Below are positions 55,960 to 64,000 of a DNA stretch of 64,000 nucleotides, one piece after another; the first letter of the stretch is position 1; every line of letters begins with the position of its first letter. Under the pieces are notes generated by a model, which was not told where the DNA came from, did not search any database, and saw only the letters and a list, made by a program, of their open reading frames with translations. Source of the DNA: Octopus vulgaris (taxonomy: Eukaryota); assembly GCA_951406725.2 (NCBI GenBank), contig OX597814.1:50220001-50284000 (forward strand), given 5' to 3'. A program made the translations under genes and the position numbers.

Positions 55960-56150
55960 TCTCACCGAATTAATAGAGTTGTTAGTGCGTCGGATAGAAT
56001 ATCTTGGGGGTATTTGTTCTAACTGACTGTACTATAATTTCAAAATTTGTCAAAGTCATATTTGATTTTAATTCTTTCAAAGCAAATGAGCAAATGCCAG
56101 CCCACTACGATGTCTTGTTGGAATTGTTAGTGCGTCGGATATGTTCTGAA
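55960..56150 (-). pseudogene. Possible MULE transposase C-terminal relic
   Basis: Duplicated ttgttagtgcgtcggata encodes RRTNNS twice, one followed (frameshifted) by VGWH, resembling RTNN..EGWH. Confidence 0.3.
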
Positions 56151-57499
56151 ATTTCTGTTCCGGTTCTTTGCTTTTTGACATGTCCATGCCTTTCCTTTGA
56201 ACATTATCACTGGTGTAACTTTCACAAGCAAAAATACCTTAAAAGGTCTGCTCTTTGGAAAGAAATGCAGATCCATAGTCTCTCAAGATATGCCGGCCTT
56301 TTTTCCTCCGATATTATTTCTGAACGGCATTCCAGATGAAATAAGATAACAAAAATATATGCCGGCATACGCATTTTCCTTTAAATATTATTCCTATGCA
56401 AAGCTTCATTCATAAAAATGTATTTTAGTATTGCAAACTGACTGATTGCTTTCTGTGAAATATAAACAGTCAAGTGAAGATGCTCCTGCAGTTCTTATAA
56501 TCTCATAATAAAGATTTCGTTTACCCAAATCTCTCGTAATATTCAATCCTAATCTTCTCTATAACATCTCTATCCATTGCTGACAAGTCTGTCTCACTTA
56601 AAACAGCGGTTGAATGATTTTCACAAAAGTCCGTTTCATTTAAGTACATAATTCATTTAAGTCATATCAATTTTTGTTGTAAACAATTCATACAAAAAGT
56701 ATAAAAGATTGTTGCACAAAGAATGTACTTTACATATTTTACATGGTTACGTAATTTATTCGGTAACAGAGAAAGCAATTGCATCTCTTGCAAACTTGTA
56801 AGAAGAAGCCTATTCATACCCAAATTAAATAATCGGCATCGATTGAGTTCAACACAACAAAATGACGGATATTAGTTTAATTGTGGTGGCTGCTCCGCTA
56901 ACACTGATCAACTGTAATGAAACATTGTACTAATGAACTGAGCTTAGGAAAAGTTTGTCTTCGACAAGGCTACAACTCAACAACACTGATGGGGTAAAAA
57001 CCAATGTCCCTTTCACTCGAAGACCAACACTACAGTAAGTCGTATCATCTCATTAATTTAATTTTACAAGACACATGTCCCCTTTCTCACACCTATTTAA
57101 AACCTTCATATTCATTTATAATATCATTAACAGATCCTAAATACAATACAGCGATAAGCAAAGTGATGATACCATAGGTTTCTTTTAGTCCACAGCAGCA
57201 TCACTAGCAGCAGTAACGGTAGTGGTAGTAACAGCAGCAGCAGCAGCAGCAGCATTAGTAGTGGTGGTGGTGTTTAACCTCGGTCACATTCTACTCAACA
57301 GACCCCTGGTTAAAGGTACTATCCCTCCTTTTTTTCTTTCTAGCACAGCATACTTTGGACTGTAATCTGTTCTTTTGCTTTAAAACGACAGGGCTTCGTT
57401 TGATATAGATTTTGGTTGCTAAATGTAGCAAATCGAGTGACTATGTAGAAGCTACCTAGAGTCAATGAGCTCGGATTTCCTTCATTGATACATATTTTA

Positions 57500-58020
<521 letters not shown>

Positions 58021-58311
58021 TGTATGAGTGTATTTTATCAGTGTTCCGTCATTACTTCGAAGGACAGCATACAAAGGTTTTCACCCATTCATTAGACTAC
58101 ACCATGTTTATCTTTTACACCTATTGATTAGATGTTGAAAACGGGTACGTAATGTGGTCTTTTGTGATATCAATTTTGCAGGTTTGGTACAACCCCGGTA
58201 CATTACAGTTATTTACTCTATTGAACATGTGAATGACAAAGTGAATCACGATGAGACTTGCATTCACAACGTAAAAAACGCATAATTAAATGTCTTGTGG
58301 CATCGTATCTA

Positions 58312-58357
58312 GTTCCCTGCTCCGCAGTCAGTCCCTGCTCCGCAGTCAGTCCCTGCT
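58312..58357. repeat. 18-bp tandem repeat x2.5
   Basis: tccctgctccgcagtcag repeated. Confidence 0.85.
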
Positions 58358-58575
58358 ACTCCAGTCCCCTATTTTGTGTGATAATAATTAGCAATCGTTT
58401 GGAATGGCATACATTCTTGGAGAAGTGTTTTCCCCCGTTTTTTTTTTCCATTTTTTTCTTTTTTTGTTCGAATTTCATAAAGGCACACAAATATCTGTTC
58501 ATAAAAGATGTGAGAGAACATATTTTTTTAAATTTTTACCAGACTATAGAACATGTGTATCAATACATCATATAA

Positions 58576-58612
<37 letters not shown>

Positions 58613-59208
58613 ACAGAAATACATATAAGTACATAGAAACATACACTAATTTATAAAGCTTTATTTAGGCCTGCAACAACATCAAAAAAACAAAAAAAAA
58701 AAACACAAACAAGCAAAGAAAAAGACTAACAAATCAAATTCCCCGCAATATACAAGCTTTCAGATGTGTATCCTAGCTAAATTTCTACATTGAGAATTAT
58801 GCCTGTTGGGAAACTGCTCGACATAGACCTGTTGGAAGACTAATTTCATCAAAATCAGAATAGCGGAACATAAAATTAAGTTGTTATTATTGCCATTATT
58901 ATTGTTGTTATTATTTCTATATAGCTTTTTCCCCTCAATCTCTTTTATATTAGAAACTGTTAATTCCCTTTCGTTCTAATGTACAGTTTCGCCGTTAGGG
59001 AATATGTATAAAACTTTTTTCCGTTTTTTTTTTTCTTTTCCTATCGTTTTGCTTATAAAACTTACTTGTGCATATGTGGTCACCTCCTTCTCTCATTCTT
59101 TCGTTCTATGTCATTCCCCACTCCACCATCATAAAATCTTTCCTCCTACTCTTTGACTCTTTGTATACGTACATCATGCATACATACATACGTATACATA
59201 CATACTAC

Positions 59209-59239
<31 letters not shown>

Positions 59240-59703
59240 TATATATATACATATACATATATATATACATATAAATGTATATATATATACATACATACAT
59301 ACAAACATACATACATACATACATACATACATACATACATACATGCGTACATACATACATACACACACATACTATGTATATATGTATTCAGAGAACGAGA
59401 GAAGAGTTAGGTGAAAGACAAAAAGAAAGTGAAACGAATATGTGTGTATGTATACAAGTATATATGCACATACACATACCCACATACATACATACATACA
59501 TACATACATACATACATACATACATACATTACATACATACATACATATATACATGCATATATATATTTATATTTGTTAATATATGTATGTGTATGTGTGT
59601 GTAAGCAAATACATGCATATATGTATATATACATATATTTATATATATACATATATTTATATATACATATATTTATATATATACATATATTTATATATGT
59701 GCG

Positions 59704-59736
<33 letters not shown>

Positions 59737-59795
59737 GTATGCATGTGTGTGTACGTGTATAAGTATGTATGTATATATGTATGTATGTATGTATG

Positions 59796-59826
<31 letters not shown>

Positions 59827-60356
59827 ATGTGTGTGTGAGTATGTGTAATTGCACTTACTTATATGTATACGTATATAAGTGTGTACTGAGTGAAAGTGAG
59901 TGAGTTAATAAAGATATAGCGCTCCTATTTATCACTATGTTTAACTTTGTATCTATATATCGTTCTATCTATCCAACTATTCTGTAACCTGTACGTCCAT
60001 TTATCAATTTATCTACATCTTTAGTATCATTTATATCTATTTATGCGTTCATTTATATATCCCTCTTATAACCATCGTTCTTTCTGTGAATCTATCTATC
60101 TATCTATCTATCTATCTACATCTTTCCTTATCCTTCTCCCTTCCTCTCTGTCTATGTACATGCATACATCCGTACACACATAGACACACGTATATTTGTA
60201 CATATTTATGCATCTGTATAAACACGCGCACGCGCAAACGCACGCATATTTATACACTCACATGCATACATACATTCAATCTTATATATATTTATCTAAT
60301 TTATCAATTTATCTATCTCCGCATCTGTTCGCTTATTTGTGTATCTATCTATTATG

Positions 60357-60451
<95 letters not shown>

Positions 60452-60563
60452 GTCTGTCTGTCTGTCTATATATCTAACTTCCTGTCTATTTATCTATCTC
60501 TGTCGGTCTGTCTGTATGTCTGTCTATATTTATCTAGTTATCCATCTAGCTTTCTAATATACA

Positions 60564-60629
<66 letters not shown>

Positions 60630-60685
60630 TAGATTTAGATAATTATGTATCTATGATATTTATCCATCCATCTATCTATCTATCA

Positions 60686-60762
<77 letters not shown>

Positions 60763-60775
60763 GCTAGCTAGCTAG

Positions 60776-60843
<68 letters not shown>

Positions 60844-60869
60844 TTTTGTCTCTATCCATGCTTCATTTT

Positions 60870-61180
60870 TGACCTTGGTGAACATAAATGGCTAATTCCA
60901 AAACTTACGTTCTTCAACATACTCAACCTTTACCTTTTTTATGCTTTAATTTAGCCGCGGCCAATCCCCTACACACTCTTCATGTTAGCATACTTTTCCG
61001 TTATCAAACATTTCCTTAGTTTTCTCTGATTTAATCTAAAATACCCGATGTTCTCCCTGAAGATACAAAATGCTTCCATACACTTTCCATCTTTCCCTAC
61101 AATGCAATCATTTAGTAGACACCCCATTTAACCTATGGTCAGAATCACAAATATATTCTCATCCTTACTTTCCTTGAAAT
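60870..61180 (-). pseudogene. Possible LINE RT relic (domains 6-7)
   Basis: F*IKSEKTKEMF followed by KVEYVEE resembles L.IN..KTKEM...IE.V. Confidence 0.35.
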
Positions 61181-61462
61181 TTTGTTAGGTCCAAGGGTCA
61201 CACATCATTAATATCTTTTTTTTTTTTTTTTTTCCATTTCTGTCGTCATCAAGATTACTTGCCTTGTCGTTGATGTTACTGCCTGCCACCTCTTCCTAAC
61301 TCTTTATCCTGAGCAATGCTTGATGTGTGTGTATGTGTGTGTATGTGTGTGTGTGTGCGTGTGCATGTGTTTGTGTGTGTGTGAGCGTGTGTTTGTCTTT
61401 GTGAGTGTTTTTGTGTATGAGTGCGTGTTTGTGAGTGCATGCGTGTGTCTGTGCTTACAATA

Positions 61463-61518
<56 letters not shown>

Positions 61519-61615
61519 GTGTGTTTATGTATGTATACATGTGTGTGTGTGTGTGTATACATATATACATATGCATGTATATGCGTATATATATTTATAA
61601 GTATGCATATATATG

Positions 61616-61661
<46 letters not shown>

Positions 61662-62013
61662 TACATATATACATATATATATGTATATACATATATATAA
61701 ATTTATGTATGCGTTGAGTATATATGTATGTGAACATATGTATATTTGTATGTATATCCTCTCACAGCACACAAATTTACATTCATACACACACGCGTGT
61801 GTGTATGCAGGTGAACATGTGAGTGTGGGCAGAAATGTTCAAAAACTAGTTGGGAAATGTCTGTCATACAGCATGAATATAATCATTTTAGCTGATCGAT
61901 ATTAACATATATATGAAAAATTGCTATACATATATTCACATTCTCATGCACGCACATATGTACATATACAATCATATATATATATATATACATTTATAAA
62001 TGAGTTCGTGTGA

Positions 62014-62083
<70 letters not shown>

Positions 62084-62265
62084 CTGTATGTATGTATACG
62101 CATATGTATACATACATATATATATATATATAAAATAAATACATATATATATATACATATACATATATATATATGCATGTATATATATATATATATGTGT
62201 GTATATGTATATACATATATATATGTATATGTGTATATGGATGTACACACACACATACACACACA

Positions 62266-62329
<64 letters not shown>

Positions 62330-62902
62330 CGCACACATATATATATAACTATACACGTATAAATATATATATATATACCACACTCACATACACACTCACA
62401 AGCACACGCACTATCACACACATACGCATCACATACAAACATACACACATAGCTAATCTTATAACTATGTTCATAAATGCAAACACTCACATGAGATTGT
62501 TGCACAGCTTTATTTTGCGATAAGTTCAACCTCTCCCATCTAACCACCCGAATGGACAGCACAGTTGTAACGTCTAGAGATTTCTTTAACTATTGGCAAC
62601 GGCGTCTTTCCAGTGCTGTCATTTCTGCTGCTGTTGGTGTTGTAGCTGCTGCTGCTGCTGCTGGCGTTGTGGTTGTTGCTGTAGTTGTTGCTGTATTGCT
62701 CCAACTACATCTGCTACTTCTGATGCTGTTTAATCTGGCTGCTGTTGTAGCTGCCACTGCTGCTGTTGGCCTTAACCTTAACCGACATGGTTGTCGACAT
62801 CGTTGCTGGTGTCGCTCCTAAAATTGTCTGAGTGCTGTTTGAATTGTGGTGTTTCTCTTTTGTACATCTGACTATGAGACTGATTCTCTCATTCCATGCA
62901 CG

Positions 62903-63400
62903 CATGTATGTATGTGTGTATGTATGTATGTATGTATGTATGTATGTATGTATGTATGTATGTATGTATGTATGTATGTATGTATGTATGTATGTATGTA
63001 TGTATGTATGTATGTATGTATGTATGTATGTATGTATGTATGTATGTATGTATGTATGTATGTATGTATGTATGTATGCATGCACGTATGTATGTATGTA
63101 TGCATGTATGCATGTATGTATGTGTGTATGTATGTGTGTATGTATGTATGAATGTGTGTATGTATGTGTGTATGTATGTATGTGTGTATGTATGTATGTG
63201 TGTATGTATGTGTGTATGTATGTATGTGTGTATGTATGTATGTGTGTATGTATGTATGTATGTATGTATGTATGTGTTGTGTATGTATGTATGTATGTAC
63301 TTATGTACGTACGTACATAAGTATGTGTGTACGTAAGTATGTATGTATGTATGTATGTACGTATGTATGTATGTATGTATGTATGAGTGTATGTATATAT
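62903..63400. repeat. Long (TATG)n microsatellite
   Basis: Direct reading. Confidence 0.95.
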
Positions 63401-64000
63401 GTACAAATTTTCATATAAATGTACATGTTTTCCTTGTTTTATTCTTTGAATTTCTTACCGATGGTAAAAGAACAGGTTTCTAGCCTAGAAACAAGACTTT
63501 TATTGAAATTTAGAGCGCATAATGGATTAGTCTTGTGTATATGTAGGTATGGCTGTATGTATGTACGTATATATATATGCATGTACCAGTATGCACGTAC
63601 ATAAGCACATGTAAACGCACCCAGGGAAGCAGTCGTGGATGCCATTGCATAAATAGATCTTATTACAGGCTAAATTTTCGTGAATGATTCACATATTTTG
63701 ACAGTGCTTTTGATAGGCTTCTAGCAGTAATGTCTTGATTAGGCACGCCTTTTCTGATTTTGTGAAACACAGATTCACGCGATTCGTACTGCGGTATTTT
63801 GTCACATCAGCATTTGCTCCCATAATTATTGGTAGAAACCGAAAACTATAGTTTTCAGTACATATGTTTTAATGTAATAAGTTCATATTCGGGTATACAC
63901 CTTGTAGTATGTCATTTAAAGCCCATTCACATTATTCGACTACTTGATGTCAACAACAGTGTAGAGGTATATGCCACTGGATTTACTTCAGGAATTCCTT

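Overview
AT-rich, microsatellite-saturated eukaryotic DNA, most likely intronic or intergenic sequence from an octopus (coleoid cephalopod). The organism call rests on recalled resemblance of its tRNA-derived SINEs to Octopus families, not on a search. I found no host protein-coding exon that I can support; most ORFs in the track are translations of (TA)n, (CA)n, (TATG)n or (TAA)n tracts. Recognisable content is transposon debris: Penelope-like elements (PLE; RT and GIY-YIG fragments), three R4/Dong LINE fragments, CR1-like and RTE fragments, a mariner transposase relic, a Helitron, MITEs and SINEs. The most notable signal is a recurring class of short non-coding cassettes, mostly (TA)n-flanked, carrying type I hammerhead ribozyme motifs and often an inverted repeat. 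One has a fully canonical core (51571-51613, minus), one is near-canonical (39674-39724, plus) and several are decayed. They sit beside relics of the PLE enzymes that could mobilise them, suggesting a microsatellite-targeted PLE/retrozyme-like system. All alignments and folds were done by eye.
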